Below are positions 42,763 through 56,130 of a DNA stretch of 64,000 nt, piece by piece; the first letter of the stretch is position 1, and each line of letters starts with the position of its first letter. The DNA is from Octopus vulgaris. Taxonomy: Eukaryota. Location of the stretch: assembly GCA_951406725.2 (NCBI GenBank), contig OX597820.1:47554001-47618000 (forward strand). Direction: 5' to 3'. The notes beneath the pieces are model-generated. The model had not been told where the DNA came from. It made no database searches and worked only from the letters and a program-made list of their open reading frames with translations. Both the position numbers and the translations under genes were made by a program.

Positions 42763-43131
42763 CGCAAAAACAAATTTCAGGTGTACTCATGCGTGTATCC
42801 AATCTCCCACAAATACACTTACCTTCAGACATATTTATGTAGCTTTAAACATAAATTTATAATTTTGTAAAGTTATGCATACATATGTGTGTGTGTGTGT
42901 GTGTGTGTACGTGCGTGTATGTAAGTATATGTATGCATATATATATATATGTTCAATTTTAAGAATATGTTCTGTTAGAGATGAACAACGGTATAGTTTT
43001 GCGTTTTATATTAGCTCATTCGCATATAGACATATGCATGCGTACATACATACATACATTCATACATAAATACATAATACATACACACAAACACACATAT
43101 ATGTATGTGTATGTATATATACACATACATG

Positions 43132-43178
<47 letters not shown>

Positions 43179-43706
43179 ATATACTTATGTATGTATATAT
43201 TATTTACGTATGTGTGTGTGTATATATATATATATTTATGTGCACCCACATTTGCGTGATGTGTCTATATTGTTATATATATAAAAAAGTTTACGTTTTC
43301 GTGGTTGGTGGTTTGTATCTGTCTCCGTGTACTTAAATTCAATACGTAGATTTTCAGTTTAAGTAAGGTTACTACTCTTAGTCATTTGCTTCAAACACAC
43401 ACACAACCACATACACACATATAGACACACACACACGTGCTCACACACTCACGTGATTGTATACGTGTGCTTGTGGGGTGTGAGTGTGGGCCTGCGTGTA
43501 TGTATGTATGTATGTATGTATGTATGTATGTATGTATGTATGTATGTATGTATGTATGTATGTATGTATGTATACGTGGTCAATGTCTGTGTGCAATATG
43601 AAGGAAAGTTGGCAACCAAGGAGACTTCAAAAGAATGTATTGTGATAAATGGATTGCTCCTTGTGATGTGGTTTTAACGAGTTGAATCACTCTTTCTTTC
43701 TCTCAT

Positions 43707-43748
<42 letters not shown>

Positions 43749-43856
43749 CCTTCCTCGCTCCCTACCTCTCTTTGGTTTTTTCTGTGTATGTGTAGGTACA
43801 GATACACACTTTAAATCTAACATCACGTGGGTATTGGTATCACATACGCATATATG

Positions 43857-43893
<37 letters not shown>

Positions 43894-44084
43894 ATACTAA
43901 GCAATAAAGGGTTTAGCAACGAATTGCCTTACCACAGACCGAATTTAGAAATAGCAGTCAAAGAGTTATAGCTATTTCTTCTACTAAAAAGGAGATCTCA
44001 GTAAAAAACACAGCAATTGGAAGGCAGACACAAACAGGTAAAAGAGAATGAATTGACGGCAATCTATCATACAATTTTAAGTTA

Positions 44085-44184
44085 TCTACGGACGCACGTT
44101 TCGAAATCAAGTTTTTAGGAAAGCATGAGAATTAAATATTAAATAATTCTACGTTACCCAAACTTCTTTTCTCTTCAGCGTAGA
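44085..44184 (-). ncRNA. Type I hammerhead ribozyme, unit 1
   Basis: Minus strand reads tctacg-CTGAAGA-gaaa(69-nt stem II arm)tttc-GAAAC-gtgc-GTC-cgtaga. Predicted cleavage is between 44091 and 44090. Confidence 0.9.
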
Positions 44185-44679
44185 ATACTATAATCATAAG
44201 TGATTATATATTGAATTTTGAGATACTAGAAGGCACCAACTCAACTCAGTATCAGAGCGAGCTAGAATCCGCAACTAGTATCACCAAACTCAAAGTGTGA
44301 ATGAAAGGATTGTGTCACTAGCCCCTTCCCACCCGCGTGTAGCCAAAACAAGATGCTATGGTCATCTACTGAGATAAAATATGGTTATCCGTAATAATGA
44401 AGGGTGAAATTAATTAATTTGGAATAATTATCAATTACACCAAGTAGTCTTCGGCATGTAAAAGCCTCATTCGAGGAAAATTTAAGTAATACTAAGCAAT
44501 AAAGGGTTTAGCAACGAATTGCCTTACCACAGACCGAATTTAGAAATAGCAGTCAAAGAGTTATAGCTATTTCTTCTACTAAAAAGGAGATCTCAGTAAA
44601 AAACACAGCAATTGGAAGGCAGACACAAACAGGTAAGAGAGAATGAATTGACGGCAATCTATCATACAATTTTAAGTTA

Positions 44680-44779
44680 TCTACGGACGCACGTTTCGAA
44701 ATCAAGTTTTTAGGAAAGCATGAGAATTAAATATTAAATAATTCTACGTTACCCAAACTTCTTTTCTCTTCAGCGTAGA
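44680..44779 (-). ncRNA. Type I hammerhead ribozyme, unit 2
   Basis: Identical to 44085-44184, offset +595. Confidence 0.9.
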
Positions 44780-45274
44780 ATACTATAATCATAAGTGATT
44801 ATATATTGAATTTTGAGATACTAGAAGGCACCAACTCAACTCAGTATCAGAGCGAGCTAGAATCCGCAACTAGTATCACCAAACTCAAAGTGTGAATGAA
44901 AGGATTGTGTCACTAGCCCCTTCCCACCCGCGTGTAGCCAAAACAAGATGCTATGGTCATCTACTGAGATAAAATATGGTTATCCGTAATAATGAAGGGT
45001 GAAATTAATTAATTTGGAATAATTATCAATTACACCAAGTAGTCTTCGGCATGTAAAAGCCTCATTCGAGGAAAATTTAAGTAATACTAAGCAATAAAGG
45101 GTTTAGCAACGAATTGCCTTACCACAGACCGAATTTAGAAATAGCAGTCAAAGAGTTATAGCTATTTCTTCTACTAAAAAGGAGATCTCAGTAAAAAACA
45201 CAGCAATTGGAAGGCAGACACAAACAGGTAAGAGAGAATGAATTGACGGCAATCTATCATACAATTTTAAGTTA

Positions 45275-45374
45275 TCTACGGACGCACGTTTCGAAATCAA
45301 GTTTTTAGGAAAGCATGAGAATTAAATATTAAATAATTCTACGTTACCCAAACTTCTTTTCTCTTCAGCGTAGA
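45275..45374 (-). ncRNA. Type I hammerhead ribozyme, unit 3
   Basis: Identical to 44085-44184, offset +1190. Confidence 0.9.
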
Positions 45375-46341
45375 ATACTATAATCATAAGTGATTATATA
45401 TTGAATTTTGAGATACTAGAAGGCACCAACTCAACTCAGTATCAGAGCGAGCTAGAATCCGCAACTAGTATCACCAAACTCAAAGTGTGAATGAAAGGAT
45501 TGTGTCACTAGCCCCTTCCCACCCGCGTGTAGCCAAAACAAGATGCTATGGTCATCTACTGAGATAAAATATGGTTATCCGTAATAATGAAGGGTGAAAT
45601 TAATTAATTTGGAATAATTATCAATTACACCAAGTAGTCTTCGGCATGTAAAAGCCTCATTCGAGGAAAATTTAAGTAATACTAAGCAATAAAGGGTTTA
45701 GCAACGAATTGCCTTACCACAGACCGAATTCACATGAGTATATATGCACAAACACATGCATATATATATATATACATATATAAATAGATATGTAGATATA
45801 TATGTGTATGTATATATGCATATATGTAGATAGATAGATAAACAGACAAAAGACGTCCGAATTGCACATATACGCTCACAAATATCCTCGTATATATTCA
45901 CCATTACATACACATATACATACACCCACACAACACATACATACATACATACATACATACATACATACATACATTCATACGTAAATATTTATCCATACAC
46001 ATATATTCATATTTACATACATACATACATACATACACACATACATGCATACATATACACATTCATACATATATATATTCTTGCATGCATGCATTCATCC
46101 ATCTACACATACATGCATGCACAATGTAGTGTTGTCGGAAGACATCAATGTTACTCGGAGTTTCACACACATTCACACGTAAGATAGATGTGTGAATCTT
46201 CAAAATTTTCTGATAGAATATACCTTCTAAACTTACTGGTTTTCGATGAAATCCAAACTACTTCAGATTCACTGATTATTTTACTTAAAATAATAATTTC
46301 TACCGTTTGTACACACACACACACGCTACCGCGCGCGCGTG

Positions 46342-46389
<48 letters not shown>

Positions 46390-46592
46390 TATATAGTAAG
46401 CTCGAATACAGTTAATCGCCACCTGATTTAACGAAGGACGCATTTGAATAATCACCAGAGGAAGCGCATTCTACATCTTGGATGCAAGATGAATTATGAT
46501 TGCACAATATCTCACCTATGTACTACAAGTGTAGCAATGCGTCGAAATAATTGTAGTAAATTTAGATAATGTCGTTAATTCCATTTTCTTTC

Positions 46593-46677
<85 letters not shown>

Positions 46678-47159
46678 ATCTATCAAGAATGTATCAGCAC
46701 AATTGTTAACTTGCTTCATAATATTCGGAATAGTGAATGAGATTGGACGACTATAGGTATACGAAAATAAATGAAAAAAAAATTATCGTATGGTTAAGGC
46801 AAACAGAAATCAGTACGAAGTAACCGAGAGAATAAAGCCGATCTAGTTCTATTAGCAACAAACTGGGGCCGATTGTACAAGATGTAATGCTATGAAGAAT
46901 TAATGGTACATAGTTGGATGTTAGCCATGAACAAAGAAAGAATAAAACAGGTAGAAATGACTGGTACCAGATCCAAAATCAGAAAGAATGAAGCATGTCT
47001 GGTATAATTAGAATCATGAGAAGACAGAAAAGAATTGTGGGAAGGTTTGAATTGAACAGGGAACTGGGAGAGAGAGAAGGGGGAGATAAAGAGAAGGGGA
47101 AGAGAGAGAGATAGAGGGAAGGAGATAGAAGATGTGGAGAAAGTGGTTCTCTGTCTAAT

Positions 47160-47398
47160 CTCGAGTTATGCCGACTCATAAGGGCCGGTTTCACTGGTCT
47201 TCATAGCGTATATATTTTCCACCTGGACGAGAGGCAGGGCTCGTCGCAAGATTACTCACTTTTACCAGCTGAGTAGACCGGAGCAACGTGAAATGAAGTA
47301 TTTTGCTCAAGAACACAACGCGTTGTCAGGTCCAGGAATCGAAACAACAATCTTATGATCGTGAGTCCAACACACTAACGACCAAGCCACGCGCCTCC
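47160..47398 (-). mobile_element. SINE family C, near full length
   Basis: rc head ggaggcgcgtggcttggtcgttagtgtgttggactcacg..gtttcgattcctgg. Confidence 0.85.
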
Positions 47399-48204
47399 AA
47401 ATGGAGAAGGTAGTTGCTAAAAGATGAATATATTAAAGTGGAGACCCGTTTTCCTTGGTCTTCCGATTAAAACTAAAATAATTAACCACGAGAAACAAGC
47501 AAAACGCAGAATAAGATACAAAGACGGAAAGATACCTTTCAATTAACCGTTGACTGAAAGTTGAAGCATCATCGATACATTATCAACAGAATTGCTTGTT
47601 GCAGTTTTCGACGTTGCCAGGTTGATTAATACCTATAATAAACCAAACTACCTGAATTCACAGTATTTTGGAGGAATTGCCTTAAGAAGATGCTGACAAT
47701 CTTCATTTCGCTCAGAAGTATTTCATCTAGACATTTCAGGTGGTATTTTAATTTGAACTTCATTAAAATGCGTAAAAAGTATTGCAAATATTGAACTCAA
47801 AATTAAACTTTACTCCTAAATATTTTGTCATTTCTTTTGTCAAAGTTTTTATTTAAAACCGCAGTATTAATTTACCTGATTGTTCTAACTGAATTATTTT
47901 GCGAATAAGTCACTTTTTATAGTGTCTGATGCAGTGATTGGGGACTTATGATATTCTATATTTTTTTCTGTCAGAACCTAAAATGTACAAATTCCTGCTG
48001 TTACAAATTCTGGAAATAAATAAATAAAGCAACATGCAGCTGACAATGGGAATATATAATTCCAAATTCTAGAAAAAATGTGATTCCAGCAATTCTGAAA
48101 CCCGTGTTTCGTTGATGTTCATTACAAATGAAGGGCATATCTGAATCAGAAGTCGTTTAAATTCGAAACTCGTATCTGTGGCCAAAAATTGAAACCGTTA
48201 TTTT

Positions 48205-48600
48205 ACTCGTTTCGATCAATAGACTACGACAATCCTGTTGCACCATCCTGAAGAATTTAGCTGGACAATTCGCCTCCAATACTTAATTTTAAGTGTGGTA
48301 CTTATTTATCAACACTTTTGCCAAGCCTCAAAGTCACGGGGACCTAAGCAAACCAACATTGGTTACCAAATGTTAGCGAAGCGGGGCAAAAAAGCGCAAA
48401 TATGCACACACAAACGCACGCACTCACACATGCACGCACACACACATGCACGCACACAAATACACACAGATGCACCCACACACATTGGGCTTCCAAAAAG
48501 CTTTTTGTCAATCAAATTCACTCTCAAGGCAATTGTCACTTGTCAGTTGTAGAAGTCATTTGTCCGAAGTGTCGTGCAGTGAGTCTAAACCACAATCTAC
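48205..48600 (-). mobile_element. Old SINE family A copy
   Basis: Diverged reverse complement of the family-A tail, CA tract and head. Confidence 0.6.
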
Positions 48601-49140
48601 ATAATTGCGTACTGCATCATGTTTGTTACTTCTCCAAAGAGATGAACAGATGAACCTTTGATTCATACATTACCTTTGAGTTATGCATTGAGTCATATTA
48701 CCTTCATCTCTAGGCGCATCTTCCCCCTCTTGTACTGCTTCAAGAAGTTGATGTGCTCTTCTCTTAAGAAAGAATGCTTTATCCTTAGTACACAATTATT
48801 TCCGTATTTTGGGGAAAATTAGAAGAGAGTTTGTTGTAGCCATTATTGCTGTAATTGTCAATGTTGACTATCACCGCGACCACGACCAACATTACTATTA
48901 CTACTACTATTACTACCAAATGAAGATCAATTTGAAACTGCATGTGGCGCTGCTACAAGTGTCTGTAATGTTGTAGCAGCCGCACTGCTACTTTGACGTT
49001 TCACAGGAATATACGTTACATACGTATTTTGATTTACAGTTTCTAGTTTAGATTTTAAATCAGTTACAAGCTCTTGGGAATCTGCAGTTTCTAGCTCTAA
49101 TTTTTCTAAAACATCCTGTTTTTCTCCTGTAAGTTCTTTA

Positions 49141-49295
49141 AATCACAATATCACCAGCAATGTGGCCTAACAGCTGATCAAATTCTACGACTGTTTCTTT
49201 CCATTTTTCATGCTTATTTGCAAGAGCTTTGGTTAATTTGGTTGCTCGTTTCAATCTGACAGCTGTGTGGGTGATCTTACATTCAAGTATTATTG
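49141..49295 (-). pseudogene. Isolated axonemal dynein heavy-chain-like fragment (stalk coiled-coil 2; DNAH6-like); pseudo-exon or lone exon
   Basis: TAVRLKRATKLTKALANKHEKWKETVVEFDQLLGHIAGDIVI fits the dynein pattern RL.RA.KL..AL..E..RW......F......I.G(D/N)V. A stop follows, and no other dynein exon is seen. Confidence 0.65.
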
Positions 49296-49735
49296 CTGTA
49301 ATTGAGATTTTTTGCTTCTGTTCTTGTTGAGTCCATTCTAGTTCTTGTTGTGGTTGCTGCGTGTTTTGCTTCGTTATATTTGTTGAAAGACATGATGCTT
49401 TAATGAGAAAACATAAAACCCTTAGAGGGTTAGTATTACCACAAGTGGGGAACACTCTAGTTTTCTTCTTTATATTACAACAATCCTATTTCAAACCTTG
49501 CGGAATGAAAGTGGTCTTGAGTTTTTACAAGACTTTTCAGAAGTGATCACCACCTGAATCTACAGCCAACTTCACAGGTATTTTTCATAGGAAGGAGATT
49601 GATATTGAATTACCTCTGTGAGTTTCTCTAAATATTGTCACAGAATAATTTACTCCGATAGATATGACCTAGTGGATAACTTTTCCCCTATTACTGACTT
49701 CCATTGACCCACACTAATGATAAGAAATATCATGA

Positions 49736-50278
<543 letters not shown>

Positions 50279-50854
50279 TAGCAGTGCTTGGAGCAGCAAC
50301 AGCAAAAGCAACAATGGCGGCAGAGATGAAATTATGCAAGAAATGAAAAATGTTTTGTGCAGGGAAATTGCAGGTAAAATACGCTCTGGGTGTAATAAAG
50401 TGCAGCGGAATGCAAAGAGCGATAAGAACGTGTATATGAAATTGTATTGACAGAGATATGAACGTGCATGCATACGTGTGTGTGTGTGTGTGAAATTGCA
50501 CTGGAAAACGCTTCGAAACTATACAGTGATTTCATAAATTACCTTTAAGATTTAACAAACAACAAAACAAAAATCAAAGTACCCGTGATTAAAAAAATAT
50601 TTCAAAAATATAGAGAGAATTTCCATCTTTCAAGTCCTCGGCATTTGTACAAATGATTAAGGGGAGATAAAAGAAAGTAAGAAAAATGGACGGACAGCGG
50701 TAGCCTCGATGACTCTTTGGAGTGTTGGCATTTTCAACTTGATTGTTTTCTTAAAGGGAGAAATGGCTATTCTATTTGTAATCTTTATCCTCTTAATCAA
50801 ATGGCAGGAAAACAAACTTTGAGTTTTAGTATAATATAGATAGATACATATATG

Positions 50855-51015
50855 TACGACAGGCTTCTTTCAGTTTCCGTCTATCAAATTCACTCACTAT
50901 GTTTTAGTCGGCCCGAGACTACAGTAGAAAGCATTTGCCCAAGGTTCCACACATGGAACGGAATCCGGAACCATGTGGTTGGGAATCAAGCCTCTAACCA
51001 CACAGCCACGCCTGG
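50855..51015 (-). mobile_element. SINE family A, 5' half
   Basis: cgacaggcttctttcagtttccgtcta..aaccatgtggttggga..accacacagccacgcctg. Confidence 0.8.
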
Positions 51016-51329
51016 GTATATATATATACGTAAGAAATTTGAAAAGCTAAACGCGAAACCGGTCTTTCTTCTAAACTATGTCATTGTAAGAAAAAAATTT
51101 ATAATATTCTTCAGACATATTGACTCAAATATATATTTTTTAACCCTTTAAAACAAGCCTTCTGTAGTTTTTTCACTTTTTACTATTTTATATATATATA
51201 TATATATATATAACATGAGTATACAGGGATAAATTACCCAGGTGGGTACCGTAATAACTCCCATCTATATTCCAGGTTTCAGCTAACTGCATGAAGTTGT
51301 AATAAAAAAAACATAATGATTGCTTAGTA

Positions 51330-51850
51330 AACTTAGATAAACTTGGATATGTTTCGACGAAAGATTGGTCCAGGCCATATCTAACTTAATAGCACCATTA
51401 AGTTAGATAGGATTATCTAAATCCTGTTTAAGTTTTGTTTATGGTTCATTCAAGTAGTGAGTTCTTATTGAGTGAGTTGTATCCAGGTATGGGTGGCTTA
51501 TCCGGTATTCCTTGAAGAAATCTGTCCAGACTCCGTTTAAAGGTGATGGGATCCTTTTCCTCTTTGATCTCTTTCGGGACAATGTTAAACAGGCAGAGCC
51601 TGTTGAGGAAAAGAAATTGTGTCGCAGTGTACTTATATGTTGTGATCCTGAATTGGGCAGGGGTCCCAGCCTTGGATGAACTTTGAAACTAATGTTCAGG
51701 TCGTTTGGGCAAAGTTGGCGGTATATTCTCCACATCGTACAAATGATGTACCACTCGCGGAGGCGCTGGAGAGAGTAGAGTTTCAAGGCTTTAAGGCGGT
51801 CCCAATAATCGATATCAGTCATGCCTTCAATTAGTGAGTGCCATCTGGGG
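51330..51850 (-). mobile_element. 3' end of a CR1/L2-group LINE, decayed
   Basis: IEGMTDIDYWDRLKALKLYSLQRLRE.YII resembles the post-RT motif Y.ERL..L.L.SL.RRR. It is followed by a 3' UTR shared with 36424-36490. Confidence 0.8.
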
Positions 51851-52289
51851 TGATTCAATTCTCGAGATGTATGACCAATCTAGCTGTAATTCTCATGATG
51901 GGTAAATCCGAGGTCACTCTCATGGATTATTAATGTTTTCGGGAGTGTAAAGCAGAATACGCGGCGTTGCATATGCAACTGCACATATAATGTGCAGTAG
52001 AAACAAGTAATTGTAGTGTATGACTAACTGTTAAATTAAAAGAAAAATTTAAAGATGTACCAGTCCTCGTAATCGTTGTAATTGTTTGGTAAATGTGAGT
52101 GTTTGCGTATGCACACACAGACAGATAGACACACACATGTTGCACATACATAAATACATACATACATACATACATACATACATACATACATACATACATA
52201 CATACATACATACATACATGCATGCATGCATCAATACATACATACATGCATGGTGGCTGCCCCCTCGTTATCGAGTATGGCCATTGCAC

Positions 52290-52766
52290 GAAGCTTAATC
52301 AATGTTGTTATCGTGCAATGCCTGTGCAAGAAGATTTTTTTAAAGTGAGGAAAGGCTGTGCACTGAGTCAATCCCACTCACTAAGCAACAGCAGTCATAA
52401 TCCGAAAAGAAGAACAAGTCAACATCATCAGTAACCACTGAGCCGCAGGTTTTATGTCAGAGTTATCCCAGTTACCTGAGTTACCTTCTCCTAGAAGGAT
52501 GCCCTAACAAAGGCTAGGAGTCCTTCACTCCCAATGGTTTAACCTCGCGATCGGGTATTCAGTCCGATTATTTCTATGTCCCTGCGCATGATACAGCCTT
52601 AAAACATTTATTGGATGGCCGTTGACTCTCAAGTGTTCCTCCACCCTTTGACGGATTTTGTTTTTCATCCGCAGGGTGTCCAATAAACACCCTCCTCACC
52701 AAGCAAGCTTGGTGGGGTTGCCGGTTTAGTCGCCAACGACCTGACTATGCAACAGGTTGTACTGGG

Positions 52767-52770
<4 letters not shown>
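52290..52770 (-). mobile_element. RTE-like retroelement 5' UTR with HDV-like ribozyme signature; no ORF follows
   Basis: Minus strand has ggtcgttggcgaCtaaaccgg, several hairpins, and ggcatccttctaggagaaggtaactc, which resembles RTE 5' UTR motifs. Confidence 0.6.
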
Positions 52771-52797
<27 letters not shown>

Positions 52798-52889
52798 CAT
52801 ACATACATACATACATACATACATGCATACATACATACATACATACATACATACATACATACATACATACATAAATACATACATACACG

Positions 52890-53147
52890 TTCCTTCTCGA
52901 GCCATACCTGGCTCATTAAGGCCGGTTTCCCGTTTTCCTTGAACGAGACGCCGGTCCGTCGCAGGTGAGCTGCAAGATCCAGGAGGAAAGAGTGAGAGAA
53001 AGTTGTGGCGAAAGAGTCAGCAGACGTTCTGCATTACCTTCTGGCGGAGCTGCGTGGGGCTTAGGTACTTCGCTCATAAACACACATTCGATCCCGCGAT
53101 CCCTTGACCGCGAGTCCGCCGCTCTAACCACTAGACCATGTGCCTCC
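52890..53147 (-). mobile_element. SINE family C variant; related fragment at 3770-3880
   Basis: rc head ggaggcacatggtctagtggttagagcggcggactcgcggtcaagggatcgcggg. Confidence 0.8.
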
Positions 53148-53164
53148 ATATATACATATATATG

Positions 53165-53232
<68 letters not shown>

Positions 53233-53534
53233 GTATGTGTGTGTGTTTATGTATGTATATTATATACTTACACACCGCCACGTATATACATATATGCATA
53301 TTTAAATCTGCTCATGATGCCATCTCCACGATCTCTACCAATGCAACATAGATTACCATCTCCACATTTACAACAACTACAACAAGACTCCGAATGTCAT
53401 CAATAGCACCGAAGTGAATAACCTACAGCGCACCAGATACACTCTACACCGTGCATAATGTTCTTATCTGTTGCTCTTTATACTACACTTGAAGATCGTA
53501 ATGCTCCAGCTGGTGCTGGAACCGCTGCAGCTGA

Positions 53535-54085
<551 letters not shown>

Positions 54086-54223
54086 TGTGCGTTTTGTCAA
54101 TTTGATCTTTATTGGCAATTTTCTACTTGATTACTATTTATTGATTGGTTTATCAGGTACATACATACGTACACAGACGCACATACATGCATTCATACAT
54201 ACATACATACATACATACATACA

Positions 54224-54255
<32 letters not shown>

Positions 54256-54436
54256 CATATGCACACATAAATGCGTACGCACGTGCATTTATACGTACAT
54301 TAATACGTGCATATATTCATATATAAATATATATGTAAATACATATACAAACATATATTCACACATATGTTCATACATTCATTTATACATACATTAATAT
54401 ACACACACATGTACGTGACATATAATATATACATGC

Positions 54437-54548
<112 letters not shown>

Positions 54549-55169
54549 AAAGTATGTATGTTTACATGTATATAAATATGTATATGTATGGATGTGTGTA
54601 TAAGTATGCATACACACACACATACATATATATATGGTTTACAGATCAAATTGCGGTAGAATCAACAAAGGAATTACTCCATTTAGTGAGAGATAAATAT
54701 CAATTTAATATATCAATTTCAAAAGAGCCACTAGTAGTTTCATGCTTTACGACACCCCAAATTGGGAGATTTATAAATCACGCCATGTATGCAGATATTT
54801 TGGAATGTGCGTTGTAATGTGTGTCTGTATGTATAGGTAGTTATGTAGACAATAAATGGTTTGTTAACCAAGAAGTTTGTTTCTGAATCTCCAGGTTCCA
54901 AAGTACCAACCTCAAGGTACCAAGTTTGATGCCACTGTAAGATTGTTCGGGTACCTGTCTTGGGTCAAAACTACCCAAAAACTATCGGATGAATTGTGCC
55001 TATAATTAAAAGGTCCATCCATGTCGCACATCGCGTCGCGCTTACTGTCTTTCTGAATTACGTTAATAGAACACGTGTCTCTAGAATTCTCAGCTACTGA
55101 CCACGATAATTCATAGTTCAGCATTTGACAGATGATCTATTGTGATAATGCATACATAAATTGCATCTA

Positions 55170-55315
55170 GAGCTGCGTGGTAAAATGTTTGCTTCCCAAC
55201 CACATGGTTATGAGTTCATTCCCACTGCGTGGCATAGTTGACAAATGTTTTCTACAATAGCTTTGAAGCGACTAGGACCTTGTGAGTAGTAGAGGGAAGC
55301 TGAAAGAAGACCGTC

Positions 55316-55413
<98 letters not shown>

Positions 55414-55454
55414 ATATATATACATATATATATATGTATATATATATATGTATA

Positions 55455-55495
<41 letters not shown>

Positions 55496-55528
55496 ATATA
55501 CACATATACATATATACGTATATATATA

Positions 55529-55596
<68 letters not shown>

Positions 55597-56130
55597 TATA
55601 TAATATATAATATATAATATATATACATATATATATAATGTATATATATATATATGTATATATGTATATATATTTATATATATATATATATATATATAAT
55701 AATAAATATTAGGAATAAGATTTAACCACTATTTTAATTAAATATAATTTATATAAATTATTTTATGTATTGGCTTAAGTCTTTCTTTGTTTGATTTGCA
55801 TAATAGTGGTTTTGTCTCTAATTTAATATAATATACATATATATATGTGTGTATATATATACACACATACATAATACACATATACATATATACGTATATA
55901 CATATATATATATACACACATACATATGTTTGTATGCATGTATGAATGTATCTGTGTGTATTTCTCTGTATTTGTTTCCGCACCATACCGCTTCACAACT
56001 GGTATTAGTTTATCTCGTCTCTGTAATTCGGCGGTTCGGTCAAAGACGTCGACAGAGCAGCTAACTAGTTAGTACTAAAACCCTTCAAGGCGGTGCTTCA
56101 TATGGTCGCTGTCCGATAGTGTAACAAGTA
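55170..56130 (+). mobile_element. SINE family A copy split by a greatly expanded (TA)-rich interior
   Basis: Head at 55170-55315, tail at 55960-56130. Confidence 0.7.

Larger units (their letters stand above)
43891..45730 (-). repeat. Tandem array of a 595-bp non-coding unit (3 copies plus 55 bp), one hammerhead per unit; retrozyme-like
   Basis: Units start at 43891, 44486, 45081 and 45676 (gtaatactaagcaataaaggg). Only one difference was noticed (aggtaAaagag versus aggtaAgagag). The array abuts (TA)n and has no ORF of 60 aa or more. Confidence 0.95.

Noticed and set aside
43891-45730. CRISPR array or LTR pair
   Set aside because: Units are contiguous and identical with no spacers, and there is no internal domain, PBS or TG..CA end.
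47549-47587. Hammerhead-like gttga-CTGAAAG..GATAC..tcaac
   Set aside because: Both core segments deviate and stem III does not pair, so it could be chance.
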